Positions 1-8,320 of a stretch of DNA of 45,531 nucleotides are shown here, one piece after another. The DNA is from a virus (lineage: Duplodnaviria > Caudoviricetes), in IMG/VR virus record IMGVR_UViG_3300043394_000478, positions 1-45,531 of that record. The stretch is one strand, 5' to 3'. Within the stretch, counting starts at the first letter, position 1. Every line of letters starts with the position of its first letter. The translations under genes and the position numbers were made by a program. The notes under the pieces were generated by a model. The model was not told the origin of the DNA, did not search any database, and was given only the letters and a program-made list of their open reading frames with translations.

Positions 1-127
1 CAATGGCACACACAAGGCGTCCTTCTCGGAAGAGCTTGTTCGCATTCCGATTTTGGCAACGACTCCTCCCGGAGGCATTATGCTCGACCCCTTCAATGGG
101 AGCGGCACCTCAATGATCTTCGCTGCG
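1..127 (+). repeat. Terminal overlap, copy 1 (circular assembly overlap)
   Basis: caatggcaca...cttcgctgcg is identical to 45405-45531. Confidence 0.95.
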
Positions 128-238
128 AGGAACCACGTTCGCGCGATCGGAATCGACCTCAACAAAGAGTACTGTGAGCACACGGTCAGCGAGCTGAACG
201 CATGCCGTCGGCACGGCACTTGGCGCGTCCGACCGTAG
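1..238 (+). CDS. 3' part of the N4-cytosine/N6-adenine DNA methyltransferase that starts at 44596 and crosses the join
   Basis: In frame with the 44596 ORF after circularisation; motif I MLDPFNGSGTS then AIGIDLN; TAG at 236-238. Confidence 0.9.
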   Translation, partial: NGTHKASFSEELVRIPILATTPPGGIMLDPFNGSGTSMIFAARNHVRAIGIDLNKEYCEHTVSELNACRRHGTWRVRP

Positions 239-252
239 ACCTTGAGTCGTGA

Positions 253-1317
253 TCAGGCGTTGGTCGATGCGCGTGATTCGAATGCCAGCGCCTGCTGCTT
301 GGCTTTGGCCTTCACTCGTCGTAGGTCGGATGGTCTGAGGTTCGTCTCCGGCAACACGCAGTCCTTCAGATCGGGTCGCTCTCCGGTCAGGATCCATCGC
401 GTCACCCAGGCGATCTGGTGCGACACGAGCGGCGGCACCGCATCGCCGATGTGACGGTACATATTAGATACCGCCGTCGACGCGAACTTGTAGTTCCGAG
501 GAAATCCCTGAAGGATCGCCATTTCGCGCACAGTGCAGAGGCGATCCTGTTCAGGGTGTGAGTAGCGTCCATTGCCCATGTGGGAGCATTCCCGCTTGAT
601 CGTCACCGCCGGGCGATCCCACCACAGCCGTCCGTACACGTCGGGATGCGATCCGAAATCTCCCTTTGAGATACTTCGGAGCATCGCAGGCGTCAGGACG
701 GTCTCTGCCTCCGCATGGTTGCGCAGGTCTGCCCAGGAGCCTCCGTCCTTGGGCATCAGTTGAATTCTACGCACGGACGTCTCAGCCGCGAACCGCGGCG
801 AGACGTGCATGGGATCGGAAGAACATGTAACCCCGGCGCCGACGGCCGGCAGTCCTTGCAGCGCCCGCCGAACGTGCGTGGCTTCTGGAACTACCTCGAA
901 TCCCTCCCAAAGATCCTCGATCGAGTGCAAGTCGAGATCGCTCCTCGCTGCAATCACCAGAGCCCTTTCCCGCTTCTGGGGTAGTCCAAACTGATTGAGC
1001 ATGTGCACCGAGGAATGCACGCGGTATCCGAGTTCACGAAGCCTTCGCTCAAGGATCTCAAAGTGGTGCGAGAAGTTCCCGCTCAGCAATTCGCGAGCGT
1101 TCTCCATAACAACCACGCGAGGCATCAGAGCCTCGACCCAGAGTGCTGTTCTCGCGACCAGTGAGTTGCGCGGGTCATCCGCCATGTGGTTGTTTGGGTT
1201 TGCTCTCGAAAACCCGGTACACGGAGGGCACGCAGAGAGCACGGTCAAATCTCTGCCCGCGAGTCGCTCGTCAGCGACCGGTATCGCAAGTTCTTTCTGC
1301 CGCTGGATCCAACGCAT
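253..1317 (-). pseudogene. C5-cytosine DNA methyltransferase lacking N-terminal motifs I-III (5'-truncated, reading frame open)
   Basis: Motif IV ACPPCTGFS, VI VMENAREL, VIII PQKRER, IX TVREMAILQGFP, X RHIGDAVPP present; no FxGxG motif in the ORF; possible start ATG 1317. Confidence 0.8.
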
Positions 1318-1496
1318 GCCGCACGCTGAGCGAACGGCTCCGCGCAAAAGAATCACGTGTGAACAAGTACACGGCAGAGACGATCCTCGCCGCGCTGGAC
1401 GCGGAGCGTGAGGCCGGCCGCGCACGCGGTTTCGTGGACGCGATGAGTGAGGTGACGTTCGGCGCCAGCGCGCTACCATCGCAGCCAGTCGATTAG
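1311..1496 (+). pseudogene. 3' remnant of a paralogue of the 43559-43936 gene
   Basis: ACRTLSERLRAKESRVNKYTAETILAALDAEREAGRA aligns without gaps to ACYTLGKRLHIDASMWNDLTAKTILAALNAAEEQGRA; shared acgatcctcgccgc. Confidence 0.75.
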
Positions 1497-1577
1497 GTCG
1501 AGACACCAGCCCACCGCGCCGATCGCAATCAGAGCGGCCGCGAGAGCGAGAAGATCTAGCAGGAGGTCGAGGATCAA
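1473..1577 (-). CDS. Small single-pass membrane peptide (34 aa) downstream of endolysin
   Basis: TTG start overlaps endolysin stop (TTGA); MILDLLLDLLALAAALIAIGAVGWCLDLIDWLRW is hydrophobic. Confidence 0.5.
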   Translation of the reverse strand: MILDLLLDLLALAAALIAIGAVGWCLDLIDWLRW

Positions 1578-2302
1578 AGCCCGGCCTCGAATCGCTCCCA
1601 AGTCCATTGCGACGGCGACAGATCCCATGGCTGACCCTTGACGCTGCGTGCGAGCGGGTGCGCGTCCGAGTGGCATATCACATACTCGCGCTCACACGGG
1701 ATCCCGTTGCGTGCGCACACGTCACGCACAAGCGCGCGCACGGTCGCCCAACACTCAGGCGACCATTCATCCGCTGCGCCCGACTCGGGCGGTACGACCT
1801 CGATGCCCACCGACCACGCGTTAGCGCTCCCCTTGCCCCACGAGAGCGGGGCCTTGACTCGCGCGCCGATGCTCGGGCCGATGATGTAGGGGTCCCACAA
1901 GCGCCCGCCCGCGAGCTCCCGCGGGGAGTCAAGGTCCGGCCACCGCTGCACCCACCACGCGGTCGCCGGCGTCCGCCAATGCTCGCGCCAGTACGGCGCC
2001 GAGCCAGCCCCGCCGACGTGCCACGCGCAAAGGCCCTCGGGCACTACCTGCACGCACTCGCCACGCTGGCCGACTACGTAGTGACCCGACTGCGGCATGA
2101 TGTGTCGGTACACACGGACGGCGGTATCGTGCGGCGTGCGGTCGCCCTTAGCGCGGCCCTCACGCCGAAAGCGCGCGAGGATGCCACCGCCCGTCGTGTG
2201 CACGACGACGGCCACAGGAGCTCCCACGCGGGGGAGGAGCTTGCCCTGCCGCCAGCCTAGGCCGGGCTGTAGCGACGTTGCTATGGGGGAGTCCGGGCTC
2301 AT
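1574..2302 (-). CDS. Endolysin, N-acetylmuramoyl-L-alanine amidase (Amidase_2-like)
   Basis: VVVHTTG, SGHYVV, AWHVG, NAWSVGIEV and ICHSD motifs; end of late operon. Confidence 0.85.
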   Translation of the reverse strand: MSPDSPIATSLQPGLGWRQGKLLPRVGAPVAVVVHTTGGGILARFRREGRAKGDRTPHDTAVRVYRHIMPQSGHYVVGQRGECVQVVPEGLCAWHVGGAGSAPYWREHWRTPATAWWVQRWPDLDSPRELAGGRLWDPYIIGPSIGARVKAPLSWGKGSANAWSVGIEVVPPESGAADEWSPECWATVRALVRDVCARNGIPCEREYVICHSDAHPLARSVKGQPWDLSPSQWTWERFEAGL

Positions 2303-2565
2303 GTGTCCCCGTCCATGTTGCGGCGCGCGTCCAGCGCTCGCCGAGCTTCGGCTTCGACGCGCCCGACGTCAGCCTTGCGCGCGGGCCCGAGCGCTTGAAT
2401 GCGCGCAACGATGTCTTCAGCGTCGCGGTCCGTCAACGCACCGATAACGAGACGAATCGCCGCCTCCACAGCACGGAGGATGATGTCAGCACGGCCGGTC
2501 ATATGGTCAACCCTCCGGGAATCCACGTCGACTGATTTGCGTAGAATTGCGTAATCATTAATCAC
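2299..2565 (-). CDS. Hypothetical helical protein in lysis cluster
   Basis: Overlaps both neighbours (ATGA with endolysin); start uncertain. Confidence 0.6.
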   Translation of the reverse strand: MINDYAILRKSVDVDSRRVDHMTGRADIILRAVEAAIRLVIGALTDRDAEDIVARIQALGPARKADVGRVEAEARRALDARRNMDGDT

Positions 2566-3064
2566 GACTCAGCAGCCCGATCACAATCGGCCCGACGTTC
2601 GGCAACGTGATGCCGTACTCGGAAAGCAGCGCCGCCAGCTCGGAGTATACATCCATGACTCGCGACAGCGCCGTCAGCGCGATGGCGAAATCTGGCTTGC
2701 GGTCTTGCGCTACGGCCAGCAACGCGAGCACGTAGGAGTCCGCCGCGCTGGCGTACAGCGCTTGCACTTGCGCAGCCCGTCGACGCGGCTGCATGGCGGA
2801 TGCGAGAGCAGCGTCGCACTCTTCCACCGGAGCGCCATCGTCAATGCACGGGCGGATGGCATCATGCGCCGCGCGTTGTGCGTCCGCTTCAATCAGCTCG
2901 GCCGACGCGCCGGCGATTCCGTGCATAGAACTCGCGGCGATCATGTGGCGCTCAAGCTGCGACATGCCGCAGCCAGAGAGCGTGAGCATGGCCAGCAAGA
3001 AGGCGGCGACGAACGCCGCAAGGACGACGGTCGGCATGTCAGGGTCACGGAGGTAGCGCCGCAT
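2558..3064 (-). CDS. Predicted lipoprotein in lysis cluster (spanin-like candidate)
   Basis: Basic N-terminus, hydrophobic stretch, lipobox LSGC; TGATG coupling to holin. Confidence 0.65.
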   Translation of the reverse strand: MRRYLRDPDMPTVVLAAFVAAFLLAMLTLSGCGMSQLERHMIAASSMHGIAGASAELIEADAQRAAHDAIRPCIDDGAPVEECDAALASAMQPRRRAAQVQALYASAADSYVLALLAVAQDRKPDFAIALTALSRVMDVYSELAALLSEYGITLPNVGPIVIGLLSRD

Positions 3065-3285
3065 CACAGCCGTTCCTTCAGTCCCGGCACGGAGAGCAGC
3101 CGAGGCACGTCACGAGGCGCGAGGAACGACAGCCGCTCCAAGACTTGCACGCGGAACCGCGAAATCTCCTCGTCGTCACGCTTGTTCGGTGTCAGTGCGA
3201 CATAGACGCTAGCGATCGTCCACAACGCGCCGACAACGGTCAGTAGTTCGGACTGGTTTGCTTGAATCCACGCGATGATTTCCAT
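3064..3285 (-). CDS. Putative holin (73 aa)
   Basis: One TM segment followed by ALTPNKRDD (TPxxxDD pattern of small phage holin-like proteins); upstream of endolysin. Confidence 0.6.
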   Translation of the reverse strand: MEIIAWIQANQSELLTVVGALWTIASVYVALTPNKRDDEEISRFRVQVLERLSFLAPRDVPRLLSVPGLKERL

Positions 3286-3289
3286 GCTG

Positions 3290-3577
3290 CTACTCCCTGA
3301 TCTGGATTTCGATTGTTCGTGGGTCCATCTGCCCCGTGCTCGCGGTAACGTAGCACGTGGCGTAAGCCACCGTGTCAGCCACGCCCCCCGAAATCCACGC
3401 CGTGGTGGTGTCGTCGGTAAACGACGGCGGGGGGGTCGACGAGAGGTCCGCACCCGTGACGACCCACGTTGCCGCCGTGATTCGACCGCCCGGGGGGAGC
3501 CACTTAGTCCACCGCAAGGTGTAGTCGAGCAACGATGTGGCGCCGGGCGCCTTGGTAAACGTTTCGAGGATCCTCAC
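3290..3577 (-). CDS. Ig-like virion fibre adaptor protein
   Basis: K.P...LDY...W..WL...TAWISGG...R.I.I pattern typical of small phage fibre adaptors that follow repeat fibres. Confidence 0.65.
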   Translation of the reverse strand: MRILETFTKAPGATSLLDYTLRWTKWLPPGGRITAATWVVTGADLSSTPPPSFTDDTTTAWISGGVADTVAYATCYVTASTGQMDPRTIEIQIRE

Positions 3578-4755
3578 GCGGCGGCCTTTCGGTTCTCGTA
3601 CGGCACTATAGCAGATCGGGGGTCGGGATCGACAAGGCCCCGCCGGGAGTCAGGTAGGACGATCGCCGTGCGCTCGACCGTGGGAGTAAACGGCGCGTGG
3701 AACCACGCGGTGGCCGTGATCACAACGCCCTCGAGCGCGACCGCGCCAGCGCCCCCCACCCCAGCTGACGCGTCGCCGACCACGGTGACGTCGTCGAGGG
3801 TTGTGTCGCCCGCTCCGGTCGTTGTGGTCGTGACCGCGCCAGCGCCGTCCACCGTCACGGCGTCGAGCGTGACGACACCGGAAGCGCTGACACCGACGGC
3901 CCCCGAAGCGGCTACGGAGATCGCGTCAAGCGTGGCAACACCGACCGCACCCACACCCACCGAGCCGGACGCTGCCGCCGTGATGTCGTCGATGGTCGAC
4001 GATCCCGTGCCCGACACCGGGGTGTCCGCGGTGCCAGCTGCGTTGACGATGACGTCGTCAAGCGTGACCGCACCCGACGCACCCACGCCGACCGACCCAG
4101 CAGCGACCCCGGCGACGTCCTCGAGCTGTACCGCAGCCGTTCCTGCTACGCCCACAGACCCTGCCGCGTCGACGGTGATCGCGTCGATAGAAACCGCACC
4201 CGACGCCCCCGCACCGACCGAGCCCGAAGCAGCTACGGAGATCGCATCGAGTGAGGCCGCACCCTCAGCTGGGCTATCAGCGGCGCCCGCGGCGTTGACG
4301 GTGATGTCGTCAAGCGTGACCGCACCCGTGCCGGCGGCCCCCGCGGCGCCCGAAGCAGCTACGACGATGTCGCCGAGCGCGACCGCGCCCGTCGCACCCG
4401 CGCCGACCGACCCAGCTGCGTTGACGGAGATCGCATCAAGCGCGACCGCACCCGAAGCACCTGCACCGACCGAGCCCGAAGCGACTACAGTGATCGCATC
4501 AACTGAGGCCGCACCCTCAGCCGGGCTATCAGCGGCGGCCGCTGCGTTGACGGTAATCGCATCAAGCGCAACCGCACCCGACGCGCCCGCACCGGTCGAG
4601 CCCGAAGCAGCTACAGCGATGTCGTCAAGCGCGACCGCACCCGACGCGCCAGCCCCCACGGCGCCCGAGCCACTTACAGCGATGTCGTCGAGGGTCGCCG
4701 CCCCCGTGCCCTCGTTCGTCGTCGCAGACGAAAGGAGCGCTAGGAGCAGCGACAC
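3574..4755 (-). CDS. Gly/Ala-rich fibre protein with ~16 x 21-aa repeats
   Basis: Repeat consensus GAVxLDxIxVxAxGSVGAGAS; C-terminal R...V..D/E.R triplet; GTGA overlap with adaptor. Confidence 0.75.
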   Translation of the reverse strand: MSLLLALLSSATTNEGTGAATLDDIAVSGSGAVGAGASGAVALDDIAVAASGSTGAGASGAVALDAITVNAAAAADSPAEGAASVDAITVVASGSVGAGASGAVALDAISVNAAGSVGAGATGAVALGDIVVAASGAAGAAGTGAVTLDDITVNAAGAADSPAEGAASLDAISVAASGSVGAGASGAVSIDAITVDAAGSVGVAGTAAVQLEDVAGVAAGSVGVGASGAVTLDDVIVNAAGTADTPVSGTGSSTIDDITAAASGSVGVGAVGVATLDAISVAASGAVGVSASGVVTLDAVTVDGAGAVTTTTTGAGDTTLDDVTVVGDASAGVGGAGAVALEGVVITATAWFHAPFTPTVERTAIVLPDSRRGLVDPDPRSAIVPYENRKAAA

Positions 4756-4813
4756 GGGTTAGACCCCGCCGCCGATGTACACCGCCACTTTCAATCCGTC
4801 ACCGCTCCGCATA

Positions 4814-6289
4814 TCAAACCCACGACGCATCGAACGACACGACGCCGCGAATGATCTGTGAGGCAGTCGCGGTACCCACCGGCACCTTGACGATCGCGTG
4901 CACCACCGAACCCGGTTCGGCGAGCAAGCCCCCGCGAAACGTCCATACAAGCGCCTCGACTGGCGCGCCGATTGCCGAACCGACCACCCACGACTGCACA
5001 CCCAACGGTATGCGGCGCGGGGCTCGTGTCGTCGCGGCCTCCGCCGTCGCCAGCGACGCCGCCGTGGATCCTACGCCAAGGCTCCACTGTAGCACCGTAG
5101 CGGTGGTCGCCACTGCCGCGCCGGTGTTGACCGCGTCGATTCGCACGCCGTGGATCAGAAGGCTCTTGTTGATCGATCCTGCCGCCGGGGCAGGCACCGT
5201 ATACGCGAAGATCGCGTAATCTGTCTCAGCGCCAAGCGGCGCCGCAAATGCGTATTGGCCACCGAGCGTCGCATAGCCCGCTGCCGTGTTGCTCAACGTG
5301 GCGTTTGCAGGCGCGGCAGAGTTCGCGTAGTTCGCGGTCGACCCCATCGTCATGCCGGACTGACCCTGGTACCCACCACCGCCGCTCAGCGTTGCGAGTT
5401 CCGGTGCAGTGAGCACGTTCGCGCCCGCGCCGGATGTGCTGATCGCCACTGGCCCGATGCGCAGCTGCGTCGCTGTCGCGGGTGCCACCGCGCCGTTGTA
5501 GAGGCGCACGGTAAAGGGCAGCGCTTGCGATCGGCATAGCGAAGCGTTGCCCACCTGGCGCGGAACTTCAGCGACGAGGATTCCGTTGATCCACAGCCGC
5601 GCCGCTTCGGAGTGCATCGTCAGCGTCACAGCGCGCGAATCGTTCAACGGAAGAATCGCACCGCCACCAGGCCAGCCCGCCGGCGAGGTGCTGTATGGGA
5701 TCGGAGCGGACTGCGTTTCCGCGCCCGCGTAGTTCACCACGAGGCGCATTTCGCCGGCTGCGTTCATGCGCACGAGCACACCGTCGTTCGGCGCCGCGGT
5801 GCCTGTCGCGACGAAGAAGCCAGCTTCCCACGTCGTGTTCGCCGTTCCCGGCGCGGTCGTCAACACGCGCATGTCGAAATCGGCAGTGAGCACGCCCGGT
5901 GACTGAAGCTGAAAGTGCCGGTAGCTTGACACACGGGCCACCGCGTTTGCCGCCGCGGAGTTGGCGCTGTTGAGCGCCAGCGAGCTATCTGCGATCGCGG
6001 TCGCCGCCGTCGTAACGTTGGACTGCCACTGCGCCGAGTTCAGCGCGGCGCCAGCCCACGTCTCCTGAAACTCGATGCGGTCGAGCCCTACACGCAAGCG
6101 CGAATCCTGATCGGCCTCCGGGTCGATGTCGAGCACTTGCCCCGTGATCAGCCCGCCATCCGCGCGGGCAGTCGTTGCGAGGATGCCACCTACGGCGGAG
6201 TCGTCACCGTGCGCCACGCGCATGGCGTTCTGTGCAGTGACCTCGGCGACGTTGCCGGAAGTGTTGCCTTCAATGCGGAATCCAGCCAT
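4814..6289 (-). CDS. Virion structural protein (491 aa), beta-rich, possible lectin-like domain
   Basis: A/G/T/S-rich long ORF in the fibre cluster; function inferred from context. Confidence 0.65.
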   Translation of the reverse strand: MAGFRIEGNTSGNVAEVTAQNAMRVAHGDDSAVGGILATTARADGGLITGQVLDIDPEADQDSRLRVGLDRIEFQETWAGAALNSAQWQSNVTTAATAIADSSLALNSANSAAANAVARVSSYRHFQLQSPGVLTADFDMRVLTTAPGTANTTWEAGFFVATGTAAPNDGVLVRMNAAGEMRLVVNYAGAETQSAPIPYSTSPAGWPGGGAILPLNDSRAVTLTMHSEAARLWINGILVAEVPRQVGNASLCRSQALPFTVRLYNGAVAPATATQLRIGPVAISTSGAGANVLTAPELATLSGGGGYQGQSGMTMGSTANYANSAAPANATLSNTAAGYATLGGQYAFAAPLGAETDYAIFAYTVPAPAAGSINKSLLIHGVRIDAVNTGAAVATTATVLQWSLGVGSTAASLATAEAATTRAPRRIPLGVQSWVVGSAIGAPVEALVWTFRGGLLAEPGSVVHAIVKVPVGTATASQIIRGVVSFDASWV

Positions 6290-6292
6290 GGC

Positions 6293-6580
6293 TCAAGTAC
6301 TCCAGACCCAATGCACGGTGAACGCGCCAGTGAGTCGATGATCGGTGGTTGCGTGAATGACGAATGAGTCAGCGACGGTGTCGACCTCGCCAACACGGGT
6401 TGTGATCGGCACGATCAAGTGCTCGGTGTCGTTGTGGTCAGCGGTGGAGTCGCCCTGTAGCCAGGCCTCGACATGCGCCCCCGAGGTAAGGCCCGTCTGA
6501 CCGGACACCGTGACGGTCGTGAACGACGAACCCGGCGCCGCGCCAAAGTCGAGTGTCGCCGTGCCGACTCCCGTAGGCAT
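6293..6580 (-). CDS. Small virion structural protein
   Basis: GTATLDFG...HWVW beta-rich protein; TAATG coupling. Confidence 0.6.
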   Translation of the reverse strand: MPTGVGTATLDFGAAPGSSFTTVTVSGQTGLTSGAHVEAWLQGDSTADHNDTEHLIVPITTRVGEVDTVADSFVIHATTDHRLTGAFTVHWVWST

Positions 6581-6987
6581 TACGCGTTACCCGCGGTCCA
6601 TGTGAATGCTGTCACGGTGATCGGGCCCTGGCCGGACACGAGCGTGGTGTTCTGTAACTGCAGCTCGCCGCCCGCTCCCGTGAGTGACACGGACCCTTGC
6701 CAATGGCATGTGGTCCCGTCGCTCGCAAAGATGCGGTAGTAGCCCGCGGTGCCCGTGCCGTCCGCGGCCGAGTCGACCCACGAGCCTAGCAAGGCCTTTG
6801 AGCCGGCCGAAGCAGCGGCCGCCCAGTCGGCAGGGAGCGGCACGTCGACAAGCAACGTCCCGATGGTCGCGGCCGCCGTGTTCGCTGGGGCGGCGCCGGT
6901 GTAGATACGGAGAAACCCGCTTGCGCCGATCGCTGTTTCAATAGCGTCGAGCATGGCGTTTCTAACGGCGACGGATGCTTGTCCCAT
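6580..6987 (-). CDS. Virion structural protein (fibre-base/decoration-like)
   Basis: RNAMLDAI...LRIYTGAAPA...GTAGYYRI...TAGNA pattern common in phage structural clusters. Confidence 0.65.
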   Translation of the reverse strand: MGQASVAVRNAMLDAIETAIGASGFLRIYTGAAPANTAAATIGTLLVDVPLPADWAAAASAGSKALLGSWVDSAADGTGTAGYYRIFASDGTTCHWQGSVSLTGAGGELQLQNTTLVSGQGPITVTAFTWTAGNA

Positions 6988-6990
6988 GGT

Positions 6991-7326
6991 CTAGTACTCC
7001 GAGGGCGGGGGTTCTGAGTGTGTTTTTTGTATAGCCTTGATCGCGCGGGTCATCCAGACGATTTCGGCCTGTTGTTTAGCTGCGCGGACGTCGCACTCCC
7101 GGAGCTCCACGCGTATCGCGTCAAGCTCCCCCGTGATCACGTCTAGGCGCTCGTGACAATCGTCACGCTCACCGTTCGCCTTCTCTGCCATCCGAAGCGC
7201 AAGCTCGGCCGCGCGCTCGACGGGTTCAGCCCGCTCTTTAGGCGTGCCAAATGCTTTGCCTAGGATGCCACCGAGACCCACAGCAGCGGTCACAACGGCC
7301 GCCCAAATTCCATCGTTCTGATCCAT
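6991..7326 (-). CDS. N-terminal TM plus coiled-coil membrane protein
   Basis: IWAAVVTAAVGLGGILG TM segment, then heptad-rich helix; TGATG coupling. Confidence 0.65.
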   Translation of the reverse strand: MDQNDGIWAAVVTAAVGLGGILGKAFGTPKERAEPVERAAELALRMAEKANGERDDCHERLDVITGELDAIRVELRECDVRAAKQQAEIVWMTRAIKAIQKTHSEPPPSEY

Positions 7327-7853
7327 CAACGGCCCTCGTTTTGGTCACGCCACACGACGCTATTCGCGCCGCGCCAAACGAGCGCGTTCGTGTGGCGCAC
7401 GTCATAGCTTCCCACCGAGCACGCATGAAGAATGTGCGCGACTTCGTGACGCACGGTGACCACGTGGCCGTCAGCGCTTTCGCCCGGCGTGAGGTACACG
7501 CGCCAGCGGTTGCGCGTCTCTGCGACCGTGCCGGTCACGCACCCGCGCACGCCGCCGCACTCCGGTTGTGTAGAGCAGCCGGCCGGCATCATCGGGCAGA
7601 GACCCCAGCGATCGATCCACTCGCGCTCAGTGGCCACGCGGATCTCGATCTCGCCGAGCGCCTCGCGGCAACGTGGGCCGTCAATCGACGGCAGTGACGG
7701 CTCAGAGCGCCAGTCTTCGGCAACGGCGTGCACCGCAGCGCGCCACGGGTCGGTTGCCGCAGTGAGCGGAACCGTGGCGCCCGGCAAGTATTCGTTGCAC
7801 TCGAACGCCATCAGCGCGGGCGCGCACGCGATGAGCAGGGCCGTGATTCTCAT
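7326..7853 (-). CDS. Secreted Cys-rich protein with HExxH zinc-metallopeptidase motif
   Basis: Signal-like N-terminus, 8 Cys, RHEVAH and a downstream His; coupled on both sides. Confidence 0.6.
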   Translation of the reverse strand: MRITALLIACAPALMAFECNEYLPGATVPLTAATDPWRAAVHAVAEDWRSEPSLPSIDGPRCREALGEIEIRVATEREWIDRWGLCPMMPAGCSTQPECGGVRGCVTGTVAETRNRWRVYLTPGESADGHVVTVRHEVAHILHACSVGSYDVRHTNALVWRGANSVVWRDQNEGR

Positions 7854-8320
7854 GGTTCGTCACCCCCGTCTGGAATGTCATTGAACGTAGCGTGCTCGGT
7901 CGAAAGCGACGGGGAGTCGCGACCGGCAATCGTCGCACCGAGCGCGATCGGTCCGGGAATCGGGTCACCGTTCTCGTCGCGCGGGCGCGGCCAGTTGTTC
8001 TTGATCGCAGTCGCGAGCGCGCCCCCGTCCGCGCGTAGCTCACGCAGCGTCCACGCGTTGGGAGACGCTGCCGCGATGGCCTTGAGTCTCGTCGCACCGC
8101 GTTGTCCCTCACAGCACACGACCCACACACCGCGCCCTGCGGCGGCAGGAGGAAGCCCTGGCGCGTCACCGTCAACCGCAAGCCACGCGTGGTATCGAAC
8201 GCTGCGGCGTCCGAGTGGGTACAGCGTTGACCACCCCGCGCTGTGCTCGACAGTCGCCCAGGGCGTGGCCGGAGCGGTCGGGTGCGTCGCGTCCTTCGCG
8301 CGGTAGAGCACGATGATCAT
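7850..8320 (-). CDS. Hypothetical protein (possible fibre chaperone)
   Basis: ATGA overlaps at both ends; follows spike-fibre gene. Confidence 0.6.
   Translation of the reverse strand: MIIVLYRAKDATHPTAPATPWATVEHSAGWSTLYPLGRRSVRYHAWLAVDGDAPGLPPAAAGRGVWVVCCEGQRGATRLKAIAAASPNAWTLRELRADGGALATAIKNNWPRPRDENGDPIPGPIALGATIAGRDSPSLSTEHATFNDIPDGGDEP

Noticed and set aside
4-19. Second sigma54-like site TGGCACACACAAGGCG
   Set aside because: Poor -12 element and located inside the MTase coding sequence
1318-1506. N-terminal extension of the C5 MTase as given in the ORF track
   Set aside because: It is the antisense of the paralogue remnant and contains no MTase motifs
3275-4762. 495-aa plus-strand ORF
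   Set aside because: Antisense shadow of the repeat fibre; the minus-strand gene is coupled to its neighbours
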